Shown: one piece after another, positions 1 through 11,325 of the stretch
Numbering within the stretch: the stretch's first letter is position 1
How the letters are laid out: every line of letters starts with the position of its first letter
Origin: Octopus sinensis
Lineage: Eukaryota
Length of the DNA: 59,896 nt
Reading direction: 5' to 3'
NCBI RefSeq assembly: GCF_006345805.1
Contig: NW_021833003.1
Location: 1 to 59,896 of the forward strand
Made by a program: the position numbers and the translations under genes
The notes under the pieces: generated by a model
The model's database searches: none
Seen by the model: only the letters and a program-made list of their open reading frames with translations
Told to the model about the DNA's origin: nothing

Positions 1-137
1 TCTGTGTTGAGCGAGCCGAAGCTTCAAGGTCACTGTCAACTTTTCCCTTATAAAAAAATTAATAAACATGTAGTCTTCTAAAACTTCATTGAATAATACT
101 TTAGTCTACTGTAAAATTGTTTCTTTTTTTCATATAT

Positions 138-436
138 TTCGTTTTTGGATTTGGTTTGCAAGATTCTTTATCTGAGTTCGTGTCTTGTGTCTGGGGAGAG
201 TCATTTTCTTTTTGTGCCTTATACTATAACAAACACACTCACCGGTAAAATTTCCACTTTTTTCTTATTCTTATTTTCCTAAAATTTTCGTTGCGTCTTG
301 CAACCTTTTCAATAGCTTTGAGTCAAACAACAAGAAAATTTTAGAAAAATAAAAATAAGAAATAAGTGGAAATTTTACCGGTGAGTGTGTTATATTATAA
401 GGCACAAAAAGTAAATGACTCTCCCCAGACACAACA
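138..436. mobile_element. Penelope-like pseudo-LTR fragment in foldback arrangement
   Basis: About 185-290 and 334-434 are ~100-bp inverted copies. The same sequence recurs at 28580-28765. A hammerhead-like TTGAAAA-GGTTGC-aagac-GCAAC-GAAA lies on the minus strand at 286-312. Confidence 0.5.
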
Positions 437-814
437 GTATTTCCATATATTGTTTTATATAAAAACAAGCATTAAGTATCTAAAGGCCAAAATAGCCGAA
501 ATCTGGCGTTCATCGCAAAAATGGATTTTCGTCTCTCTCTGATATATATTGTCTGTTTTGTTTTTTAACATAGTACGTCCACAAGAGATGTTATCTGAGG
601 ACAAATACTGCAGTGACTGGTCTATCAACAGTGTATATACATTAAGTATGATACAGTGATCGCTATTTTAATTTATTACTGACTCAGATTTCGTTCAGAT
701 GGGCGGCTATTTGCTATATCGATGAATGTTTTATCAACTGCCCCCTACATCAATGGTGATGAATTCTCGTCTGGGCATGTGACGGGTGGAAATACGTACA
801 TACATACAGATATG

Positions 815-876
<62 letters not shown>

Positions 877-1209
877 TGTGTGTGTGTGTTTATATATATA
901 TGTCAAAATAAGCAACAAGGATATCCAGAGGTAATGCAGTACTATCGTTTCACGCAACTCCATTTAATTGAACAATGCTACCATTACATCAATTTAAATG
1001 CATACCAATCCTCAGCTGCAGAAATACATAGAATTTAATTAAATTAAAACAGACGGACACATTAATATAATTTTACTTAAAATCTCCAAGAAGTTAAGGA
1101 GATAGACAAAGAACATGGCTGCCTTCACTTCAGCTTAGAAACTACTAATATATATATATATATATATATAGTATATATATATTATATATATAATATATAT
1201 ATATATAAT

Positions 1210-1426
1210 CTTTCAAACGAAAGTAAGAAAATGGAGATATAACATTTAATAAAAATTTATTATCTGCAAAAATCAAACATGGTCCCTTACAGCTGTTTCA
1301 ATTAGGCATAATAGATTAAATAGTAATTAATAAAATCATTATATTAGGCAAAATCTCTTCAGAGGGATAGAAAAAAGATATACCCTTAGGTTTTTAAGTA
1401 TTGTATTTTATAATCATCACAGCAGA

Positions 1427-1430
<4 letters not shown>
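1210..1430 (-). mobile_element. Penelope-like pseudo-LTR with hammerhead-like core
   Basis: The minus strand reads CTGAAGA (1362-1356)...GAAACAGCTGTAAG (1299-1286). It sits between (AT)n tracts, as Penelope pLTR remnants commonly do. Confidence 0.45.
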
Positions 1431-1468
<38 letters not shown>

Positions 1469-2602
1469 TATATAACAGAGTGGCTGCCAACTAGTAGACG
1501 AGTGTGACCATCACTTATAAGTTATCTTAACTTATCGTAGATGTGAATGACAATGAGTGTCAGCAAAACCTGTGCTGAAAGTTCAAGTCAGTAACAGCTT
1601 ACACAGCACCGTTAAAATCCAAGTAGACCAGAAACAAACAAGAGCGAGTATCCGGCTTCGTGGAGAAGAGGGTACAATTTCGGAATTACCTTCTCCTGAA
1701 GAGATATCTAAACAAAGAATAGAGGTTTCTCGCTTCCTGCTGTTGGATGGCCGTTGACTCTATCAAGTTTACGTGACCGGCGCCTCATGTAAACTTGATA
1801 GAGTCAAACTTGATAGAAGCCTCCAGTCTTAGTCTCAAGCTAATCGACTTTTTCGTTTTCCACTTGAAATGGAAAATAAGACTGGAGAAGAAATGCCTGT
1901 CGCAAAGTGTGTTTCTTAAAAGATGGAAGTCTGTAACAAGTATATTGCGAGTGAAAAAAACCTGTCTAAACGAGAACAAAAAAAGCACAAAGCAAAGTCT
2001 TCTGTGTGAGTATGTGGTTTGTGGGGTCGACCGCGTCCTCCGCTTCATTTTTTGTAAATCACTCATTCTCATTTAATTGTATATAAAAATATATACAATA
2101 AAATTGTTTGTTTATTCATACGTTTCGTCTCATTCGATCCCCTGATCCCAATGTTTGTTTTGTCTGTCCTCGTATCGTCCCCTCTTTTTCTCAACCTCAC
2201 GGTGAATAAAGAAATTGTTTCTATCAAGATTACATGCCCTTTGACAGATTTTTTAATTATTTTTTCGTCTTGCAAAGTATCCAGCAAAACCCACCCTCCT
2301 TATCAAGTCGGTTTGGTACGGTTGCCAGTTTAGTCGTCTCCATCAGCCCGACCATGTAACAGTTTGTACTGGGTTACGTGTTACCAATGTCACAAACAGT
2401 GACCTGATTTGCATACATACGTACATACATACACACATAGACGCGTACATATCAAGTAAATTATTTAAGTCAATGACCTTTTCTCCGGCCCTTCGTTACC
2501 ACTATGAACACAACCCCGACTACTACGACGACCACCACCACCAACAATAACAACAACAACAACAAACATATTAAAGCAACACAGAAACATCAACATCGTT
2601 GG

Positions 2603-2800
2603 AACAGTTAGATAATCTCTGTGAACTTGCTAACTTAATTATGACGGCAAATTAGTCGGCTTTAACGAACCCTATACATAAGATTATCCAGCTATGTTCA
2701 CTGGAGCTTAAAATCTCTTCGCTTCAGTCTCTTGTAATAACGTCTGTTTCCGAAACACGTGTAGGATTTTCACTGTCATGGTCGGACTTTGTAGAAAGTA
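2603..2800. repeat. ~195-bp unclassified dispersed repeat, copy 1
   Basis: AACAGTTAGATAATCTCTGT...ACACGTGTAG... aligns by eye with 7365-7555 and 21466-21660. Confidence 0.8.
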
Positions 2801-2844
2801 GTAAAATGTACGAGAAATTTTTTATATGTATGTGTGTGTGTATT

Positions 2845-3054
2845 CTTTTATTTTTTTATTTGATTCAGTCATTTGACTGCGGCCATGCTGGAGTCCGCCT
2901 TGGCGGGGGGGGGTCTTAGTTGAACAAATCGACCCAAGGACTTATTTTTTTAAAGCCTAGAACTTAATTCTATCCGTGTCTTTTGCCGAACCGCTAAGTT
3001 ACGGAGACGTAAACACACCACAACCGGTTGTCAAGCGGTGATGGGACACAAACA

Positions 3055-3098
<44 letters not shown>

Positions 3099-3245
3099 TA
3101 CACACACACACACATACACATACACACACATATGTCAATAGCCTCGGCCCGAGGCTATAGTAGAAGACACTTGTCCAAGGTACAACGCAGTGGGACTGAA
3201 CCCGGAACCATGTGATTGGGAAGCAAGCTTTTTACCACACTCCTA
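2845..3245 (-). mobile_element. SINE family B (tRNA-derived head, internal (CA)n, conserved tail)
   Basis: Reverse complement of the element at 12515-12930: TCAGTCATTTGACTGCGGCCATGCTGGAG...CAGTGGGACTGAACCCGGAACCATGTG. Confidence 0.85.
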
Positions 3246-3387
3246 CATGTATGTATGTGTGTGGGGGGTGTATACGTAAGTGTATATATATATTCACACA
3301 CACACACACACACCACACACACACACATATATATATATACATTATATATTCAGAGAGAGAGAGAGAGAGAAATAAAGAGGGAGCTGT

Positions 3388-3391
3388 GTAC

Positions 3392-3422
<31 letters not shown>

Positions 3423-3724
3423 AATGTATGTATGTATGTGTGTGTATGTATGTATGTATGCATGTATGTATGCATGCATGCATGTATGTATGTTTGTATG
3501 TATATATGTATGTATGTGTGTGTATGTATGTATGCTTGTATGTATGCATGCATGCATGCATGCATGCATACATGCATGTATGTATGTATGTATGTATGTA
3601 TGTATGTATGTATGTATGTATGCATGCATGTATGTATGCATGCATATATGCATGTATGTTATCTATGTATGTATATATTATATGTATATGTATGTATGTT
3701 ATGTATGTATGTATATATTATATG

Positions 3725-3756
<32 letters not shown>

Positions 3757-3845
3757 TGTATGTATGTATGTATGTATATATTATATGTATATGTATGTAT
3801 GTATGTACGTATGTATGTATGTATGTTATGTATGTATGTATATAT

Positions 3846-3877
<32 letters not shown>

Positions 3878-3923
3878 TGTATGTATGTATGTATGTATGT
3901 ATGTTATGTATGTATGTATATAT

Positions 3924-3955
<32 letters not shown>

Positions 3956-3980
3956 TGGATGGATGGATGGATGTATGTAT
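3388..3980. repeat. (TATG)n/(CATG)n compound microsatellite
   Basis: About 600 bp of tetranucleotide repeat with variant units. It explains the long MYVC ORFs. Confidence 0.95.
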
Positions 3981-4963
3981 TATTTTTAGAGAATAAGCAT
4001 CCCCGGCATAAGCTGGTTTATCACTAATTCCAATCGCAATATCGAGGGAGACCTCAGTGGAGTACTCTTGCCGGGAAATTAACAGATTATCGACGGCCAC
4101 TGAGATAGGCAATCATCTTTGCATTCATCCGCACGCTGGTGATGACATCACGTGTATCTTAAATTTCATTGCCAAGACCACGCCAGACTCTAACAGAACA
4201 ATGTGTAGGTGAGATGTTAATGAAATGAAAAGGAGGAGGGGAGAGGTAGTCTATGACGTATTTAAGTATTAAAAGAACATACATACATACATACGTATAT
4301 ATATGTATGTATGTATGTATGTTGGAAACATCTGCACCTTTACAACTAATTCTATATTTAGGGAGACCCAACTGATTTGTTCTTTTCGAAAGATTAATGA
4401 AATATTATCAATGGATAAATATACCTTGAAATACGTTTGGGTTTGTTCACATCTACACTGGCCGTGACATCACGTGTCCCAATGATTTCATTGTCAAGAT
4501 CATTGCCGAAGATGCAAGTGATAGTGTGCAAGTGGGTTATTGATGGAATTAGGAGGTGCTCTGTGACGTATTTCGGTATTTAAGAGAAAATACAATCACC
4601 ATAGACGTACAAGCACACCCCTATATTCATTCATAAATAGACATATCCATATATACATACATACATAAATACATAAATACATACATGCACACTTATAGAT
4701 ATTCTTAGAAAACGTGTAGAAATGCAGACGTATATATATGAGGGTTGCAACTTGATTTCAAATAATGCCAACGTTTGATTGTTCTATTGCACAAGAGCAG
4801 CACTGATGCAGCTTTTCAGTACTGCCAGGGACTTACACTATCTTGCACAGATGTGACATTGATGGGCGACTTTTGCAGTAGGTGTTATTGTTTTACATAC
4901 ACACACACACATATATATGCGTGTGTATATATATATACATACATACATAAAAACATATTCATA

Positions 4964-5014
<51 letters not shown>

Positions 5015-5017
<3 letters not shown>

Positions 5018-5161
5018 ATAAAATGGGACAAGAACGCAAAACATCCAGAAGACGATAAAAACCCGGACGGGTCATTCGAAGCCTTTAATCTTCAGTCAAG
5101 AACCGGATCATCCTCACAATTTCGACTGATTAATCTTGAGATTGCTCCAATCTGGCCAGCC

Positions 5162-5165
<4 letters not shown>
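5015..5165 (-). mobile_element. Penelope-like pLTR fragment
   Basis: Reverse complement of 33328-33478. It has a GGCTG...CAG(T/C)C-GAAA hammerhead-like stem and is flanked by (AT)n. Confidence 0.45.
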
Positions 5166-5248
<83 letters not shown>

Positions 5249-5708
5249 CTCCTTGGTGTGACTTTAAACTGTAACCGGTAGCGGGACCCTTGTACGGGAG
5301 TTCCAAGTTTTGAGGATTGTGGAACCACTTAGCCACTGTTGTTCGCAGGTCTACTCTGACTTGGGCAATAGCACTTGTTAGGGTTCCAGCTACGTGTTAA
5401 TTAGCATGTGAACCACTAGCAGTGAAGGAACCCTAGAATTTCTGTCTCGAGGAAGTTAACTTCGTATAAATAGAAAACCTGATGTGCAGTTGGTTTCTGC
5501 GGGTTTCAACTCCTGTTGTACCTCTAGTTTGTTAGCTGATTGCGCTGAGAAGTGAGTTCGACGTTGTGCAACACTTTATCTACTGAAAACAAATTCACGC
5601 ACAAGAACTTCTTGGACTCTCGGAACGTTAACGCAGACTTACCGAATTTAGGAAGTAGCCTTACTCGGTCACGAGTTGACTTCTGTCACACACACACACA
5701 CACACACA

Positions 5709-5750
<42 letters not shown>

Positions 5751-6142
5751 ACACACACGCATGCATGCATGCATCATACAGATACTTGATTGTCGTTTTT
5801 ATGCAAGCAGCCATTTTACTTCCTTTCAATTTCTGTCATTACTCCTTTTGATTTCAGCGACGATGGAAACGTACTATCATGGAACCTGGTTACCGGAAGA
5901 TAGCAGAAAATTGGCAAAATTGCTTGATTTTCTTTTTCACTTTTCTGCTATCGACCAATCAGATCGCTTACTTTTGACGCGTTTTTTTTTCTTTTTCGAT
6001 GAACACCTAAACAACTCCTAGAATCTATTTTTACCGAATTTAAGGTGCTGTTTTCTTAACATTCAGTGAAGTTTTAAAGGAATGGAATAGAATTCCATGC
6101 TTCACAAAACGCCGAACTTTCAAAATTAATACGCACGCACAT

Positions 6143-6211
<69 letters not shown>

Positions 6212-6349
6212 TACATACATACATACATACATACATACATACATACATACATACATACATACTTATATACATTCCCTCGTGCACACAAGTGCTTATATAC
6301 ACATTTGAACTTAGAATGTAAAGAGCTGGAAGAAATACCGGCTCTCTAG

Positions 6350-6525
6350 GTTCCCTAGGGGTTAGTCGAAACCATCAACCCCAGTACTTGACTGGTTCTT
6401 TATTTTATCAGTCCTCAAAGGGAGGATGTGCAAAGTTGGCCTCGGTGGTATTTGAACTCAGGGTCTAAAAGAGCCGGTAGAAATGCCGTAATCCGATGTA
6501 CTAACGAATCTGCCAGCTGACTAGC

Positions 6526-6567
<42 letters not shown>

Positions 6568-6667
6568 TAATAATAATAATAATAATGATAACAACAACAA
6601 CAACAACAACGCCGACGACGACGACGATGACAACAACAACAACAATAATAATAATAACAACAACAAC

Positions 6668-6721
<54 letters not shown>

Positions 6722-7170
6722 TTCTAATTTTGGCACAAAGCCGGAAATTTTGAGAGAAGATGGTAAGTCGATTACATCGACTCTAGTACTTGTCTCGTAC
6801 TTTATTTTATTGACCCTGAAAGGATGAAAGCCAAAGTTGATTTCGGCGTTATTTGAACTCAGACCGTAAAGGGTCGGAAGAAAGACCGCAAAACAATATC
6901 GTCTGACGCACTAATGATTCTGCCAGCTCACCGCTTTACTTCAAATTTTGGCACGAGGCCAGCAATTTTGTGGGGAGGCACTAAGCTGATTACATTGACT
7001 TTTCACACCCTCTCCCACTCTCAGTACTTGAGTGGGACTTATTTTATCGATTTCGAAAGAATGAAAAGCGAAGTCAACTTGGCAGAATCTGAAATCAGAA
7101 CGTAACGAGCCAGGGAAAATGCTGCGAAGTATTTTGTTCGACGCACAGACGATTCTTTCAGTTCGTCATT
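6350..7170 (-). mobile_element. Cluster of three degraded SINE family A copies around an (AAT)n/(AAC)n tract
   Basis: Repeated GAAAGGATGAAAG...TTTGAACTCAGA...CTGCCAGCT motifs at about 6350-6520, 6725-6935 and 6945-7170. Confidence 0.75.
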
Positions 7171-7364
7171 CTAACAATGATTACAACAACAATGACAATC
7201 ATAATGGAAAGCAAAAAAAAAAAAATGGTGAGTCGATGCCCTAAACTCCACTTGACTTTAGCAGGTTTTGAAATCAAAACGTCACGATCCGCAACACATA
7301 CTGCAAATAATTTATTTCGCAACATGGCAACGAATCTGCTAGCTCATTAATAATGCAACATAGT

Positions 7365-7555
7365 AACAGTTAGATAATCTCTGTAAACTTGCTGGCTTAA
7401 TTATAACGGCAAATTAGTCGACTTTAACGAACCCTTTACAAAGGATTATCCAGCTATGTTCACTGGAGCTTAAAATCTCTTCATTTTAACCTCTCGTAAA
7501 AAACGTCTGTTTTAGTAACACGTGGAGAATTTTCATGGTCAAACTTCGCAGAATA
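7365..7555. repeat. ~195-bp unclassified dispersed repeat, copy 2
   Basis: Co-linear with 2603-2800 and in the same orientation. Confidence 0.8.
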
Positions 7556-7564
7556 CGAGATTAT

Positions 7565-7621
<57 letters not shown>

Positions 7622-8021
7622 CACACACACACACATGCATACATATGTATGCATAAATGTATATATATATATATACCCATATCATTCGTCTGTCTTCATA
7701 TTCTGGGTTCAAATTCCGCTGAGGTCGGTTTTACTTTTCGGCGATCGATATATTAAATGCAATTTGAACACTGGGGTCGATGTAATCCACTAATCCCAAC
7801 CTCCAAAATTCCTGGCCTTGTGCCATAATTTGTAAGCAATGTGATGACTCTTAATAACTTGTTTTTGGAGCCAGTTTGTGATCGTTGCTGCTGTTGTTTT
7901 ATCTTTTCCAGGCCAATGAATTAAGTATTTCATCTGATGTGATTTGTAATTAAATTCATTGAACTGTAAAGAATGCGAAGATAAATACGGAAGCAAAAAG
8001 GGGGAGGGGAAGTAACTAAAC

Positions 8022-8420
8022 GGGCGCAAGTATGGTTATGTGGTTAAGAAGCTCACTTAGTAACCATGTGCTCTCAGGTTCAGTCCCTGTGTGTGATACC
8101 CTGGGCAAGTGACTTCTACTATAGCTCGAGCCCACCATTGGTCTTGTGAATGAACTTAATCGGCAGAAACTGTGTTGAAGCCCGTCGTATGTATGTATGT
8201 ATGTATATGCGTGTGTCTTCGTGTTTGTGTTTGTCCCCTTTCTCAAACGTTTGACAACCGGTGTTTGTTTGTTTACGCACCATAACTCAGCGATTCGGCA
8301 AAAGACACCAGCAGAGTAAATACCAGGTTTTAAAAACAAATAAGTACTAGGATTGATTTGTAACGACTAAAACCCTTCAAGACGGTGCGATGACTGAATC
8401 AAGTTAAAGATGAAAGACAA
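8022..8420 (+). mobile_element. SINE family B, diverged
   Basis: GGCGCAAGTATGGTTATGTGGTTAAG...GGTTCAGTCCC...CTGGGCAAGTG head, internal microsatellite and tail shared with 12515-12930. Confidence 0.8.
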
Positions 8421-8425
8421 AAGAT

Positions 8426-8709
8426 GGATCTTTACCTTTTGACCGACAGATTTTTAAAATAATTTTTTGTAACTAAACACTTTCAAACAGCAGTTGTTTT
8501 ATTCAGCTGAATACACGTCATTGATTGGTTGAAATTACCGAAATACGACAACTTTAACAAAAAATAACTCTTCCAAACTACAGAATTTTCTCAACAACGC
8601 CAAAAGTAGAAGATGTTTTATGTGACACATTCTACCACTATACGAAGTTTGAAAGTGTTTAGTTACAAAAAATTATTTTTTAAATCTGTCGGTCGAAAAG
8701 TAAAAGTCC
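8426..8709. mobile_element. MITE, foldback derivative of the element at 25083-25611
   Basis: ~63-bp inverted termini at 8426-8488 and 8647-8709. The internal part matches 25400-25611. Flanks CAAAAGAT/TAAAGGAT may be a decayed 8-bp TSD. Confidence 0.75.
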
Positions 8710-8893
8710 TAAAGGATAATATCGATTAGAGGACCACGACATTTTTTATAGCTGTTTCATGGATTACAATTTGAAACGTGTTTCAACATCATCGATGCTA
8801 AAATGAATTTCTTATATACTGGTTTTGTATTATACACCAATACTACTACCATCATCTTTACACAACTTCTAGATTATAGACAGTCTCTCACTA

Positions 8894-8944
<51 letters not shown>

Positions 8945-9067
8945 CTCTGTGCCTCCCTCTTTCACTCTTTCTCTCTTTCTCTCTTTCCTTCTCTCTCGCT
9001 TTCTCTCTCTCTCTCTCTCTCTCATGCACGCAAACAAATACGTTAGACTAGATGTTCCCGATGAAAA

Positions 9068-9298
9068 GGCGGCGAGCTGGCAGAAACGTTTGCACGCCGG
9101 GCGAAATGCGTAGCCGTATTTCGTCTGCCGTTACGTTCTGAGTTCAAATTCCGTCGAGGTCGACTTAGCCTTTCATCCTTTCGGGGTCGATAAATTAAGT
9201 ACCAATTACGCACTGGGGTCGATATAATCGACTTAATCCGTTTGTCTGTCCTTGTTTGTCCCCTTTGTGTTTAGCCCTTGTGGGTAGTAAAGAAATAG
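9068..9298 (+). mobile_element. SINE family A, full length
   Basis: tRNA-like head GGCGGCGAGCTGGCAGAAACG...GAGTTCAAATTCC and core GGTCGACTTAGCCTTTCATCCTTTCGGGGTCGATAAA. 15-bp TSD ATGTTCCCGATGAAA at 9052-9066 and 9301-9315. Confidence 0.9.
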
Positions 9299-9578
9299 AT
9301 ATGTTCCCGATGAAATTCCGTTACGATTCTGGTTTTGACTACCGATGATAGTTATTTTAAAATTTTAATTATGCCAACGTGGGAAACAAGAACGTCTCAA
9401 ATGTTACATTTTTTTCTATTAGGCTTCTTCATAACTATAACTAGAGAGAGTTTCAAAACTAGTGAAAACTACGGGAAACCAATCATCTCTTTTTTATATT
9501 CTTTGACACTATCGTGGCAAGTATCATCCGAATATACAAACACATACCGTTGTTTTGTTTTATTTTGGTTTTCATACA

Positions 9579-10010
9579 TATTTCTTTACTACCCACAAGG
9601 GGTTAAACATAGAGAGGACAAACAAGGACAGACAAAGGGATTAAGTCGATTATATCGACCCCAGTGCGTAACTGGTACTTATTTAATCGACCCCGAAAGG
9701 ATGAAAGGTAAAGTCGTCCCGGCGGAATTTGAACTCAGAACGTAACGGCAGACGAAATACCTATTTCTTTACTTAAATATATTTCTTTACTACCCACAAG
9801 GGGCTAAACACAGAGAGGACAAACAAGGTCAGACAGGCGGATTAATTCGATTACATCGGCCCCAGTGCGTAACTGGTACTTATTTAATCGACCCCGAAAG
9901 GATGAAAGGCAAAGTCGACCTCAGCGGAATTTGAACTCAGAATGTAACGGCAGACGAAATACCGCTAAGCATTTCGCCCAGCGTCCTAACGTTTCTGCCA
10001 GCTCGCCGCC
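9579..10010 (-). mobile_element. SINE family A tandem dimer
   Basis: Two consecutive minus-strand copies (about 9579-9770 and 9780-10010), flanked by a 44-bp direct repeat. Confidence 0.88.
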
Positions 10011-10744
10011 TTATACGAACATATACCGTTGTTTTGTTTTATTTTGGTTTTCATATAGTTAATACACTAGTACAGTGATAGCCGTGTGATTAAGAAATAT
10101 GGCTTTACCCCAAGAGGGTTCCGGGTTCGACCCCACTACGCGTGTCATTTTCGTTTTCTGTGGCGACAGGTTAACTGAGGCTGAGTCTGTGTACATTAGT
10201 ATAAAATGGTGAATCGAGTCATCGAATTACATCTCTTTCCCCGAAACTCTAGATTGATCAGCTATTTGGTAAGGATAAGTTGGTAAAATGTGTACCAGAT
10301 TGTTATACTCGTGGGACAAATAACAAAAAATTCCTCGACTGAAACCAGCGAAATACTGGTTTAAGATGGCCACTTATCAAGACTCAGGACCAGGAACTGC
10401 AGAGGCTAAACATCATAGCTTGAAGAAATGTAAGTAAATTATTTTATAATCTTTATGAAGAGTTAACGTTTATTTAGCTGTTCTTTAAGATATTTTGCAA
10501 TCATCATCTGTGATAAAATATACAGAAGACACTTGGCCAAGGTGCCATGTAGCGGGATTGAACCCGAAACTATGTGGTCGGGAAAAGGAGCTTGCTTCCC
10601 ATCCACATGATTCCGGGAGCAGTCCCACTGCGTGACACCGTGGCCAAGTGTCTTCTCCTATAGCCTCGGACCGACCAAAGCCTTGTGGGTGAGTTTGGTA
10701 AACAGAAACTGAAAGAAATCATCCGTATGTATATGTATGTGTAT

Positions 10745-11228
10745 GCGTGTGTCTTTGAACTACTCTCATGTTGCTTGTACGATGAAGTTTTTTCATGTCT
10801 CCAAAGGTACGATTTTTGTAAGCATGCATTGCATTGACCTCGTCAGCTTTTGATTCTTTGGGGATAACTGGCAACGTTTGACGAAAATTTCCTGCAAGAA
10901 GAACTGTTACTCTTCTCATGAGCGTGCGATAGTTTTTTGTCCTGGAGGGTTCGGTCAAGTACCTCTGGAGCTCCTTGAAGTGACAAAGTGCACTTATCCC
11001 AAACAACGAGGCAAGTTTGTTGGAGAACTGTTGCCATTGCAGAGTTCTTGGAAATGTTACACATTTGAGATTCTCTCGTTACAAGGTTTAGAGGAAGCTT
11101 GAACACGGAATGGGCAGCTCTTCCCCATTGAGTAGGATAGCTGCAATACCAGAAGATGCAACGCTGGAAGAAAGTTAGATTTTATTTCCTCCCATTTAGG
11201 ATTGCAGGTGAAAGTGACAAAAGTTTTC
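10745..11228 (-). pseudogene. Helitron RepHel remnant (Rep motif joined to Pif1-like helicase segment)
   Basis: Frameshifted translation gives FVTFTCNPKWEEIK (Rep), then VASSGIAAILLNG.RAAHSVFKLPLN, CLVVWDKC, LLAGNFRQTLPVIP and SNMRV (Pif1 motifs). Confidence 0.85.

Positions 11229-11325
<97 letters not shown>

Noticed and set aside
3212-4027. Long MYVC/HTYI ORFs (also 32594-33384, 47624-48111 and 49981-50637)
   Set aside because: These are translations of stop-free (TATG)n, (CA)n and (AT)n microsatellites.
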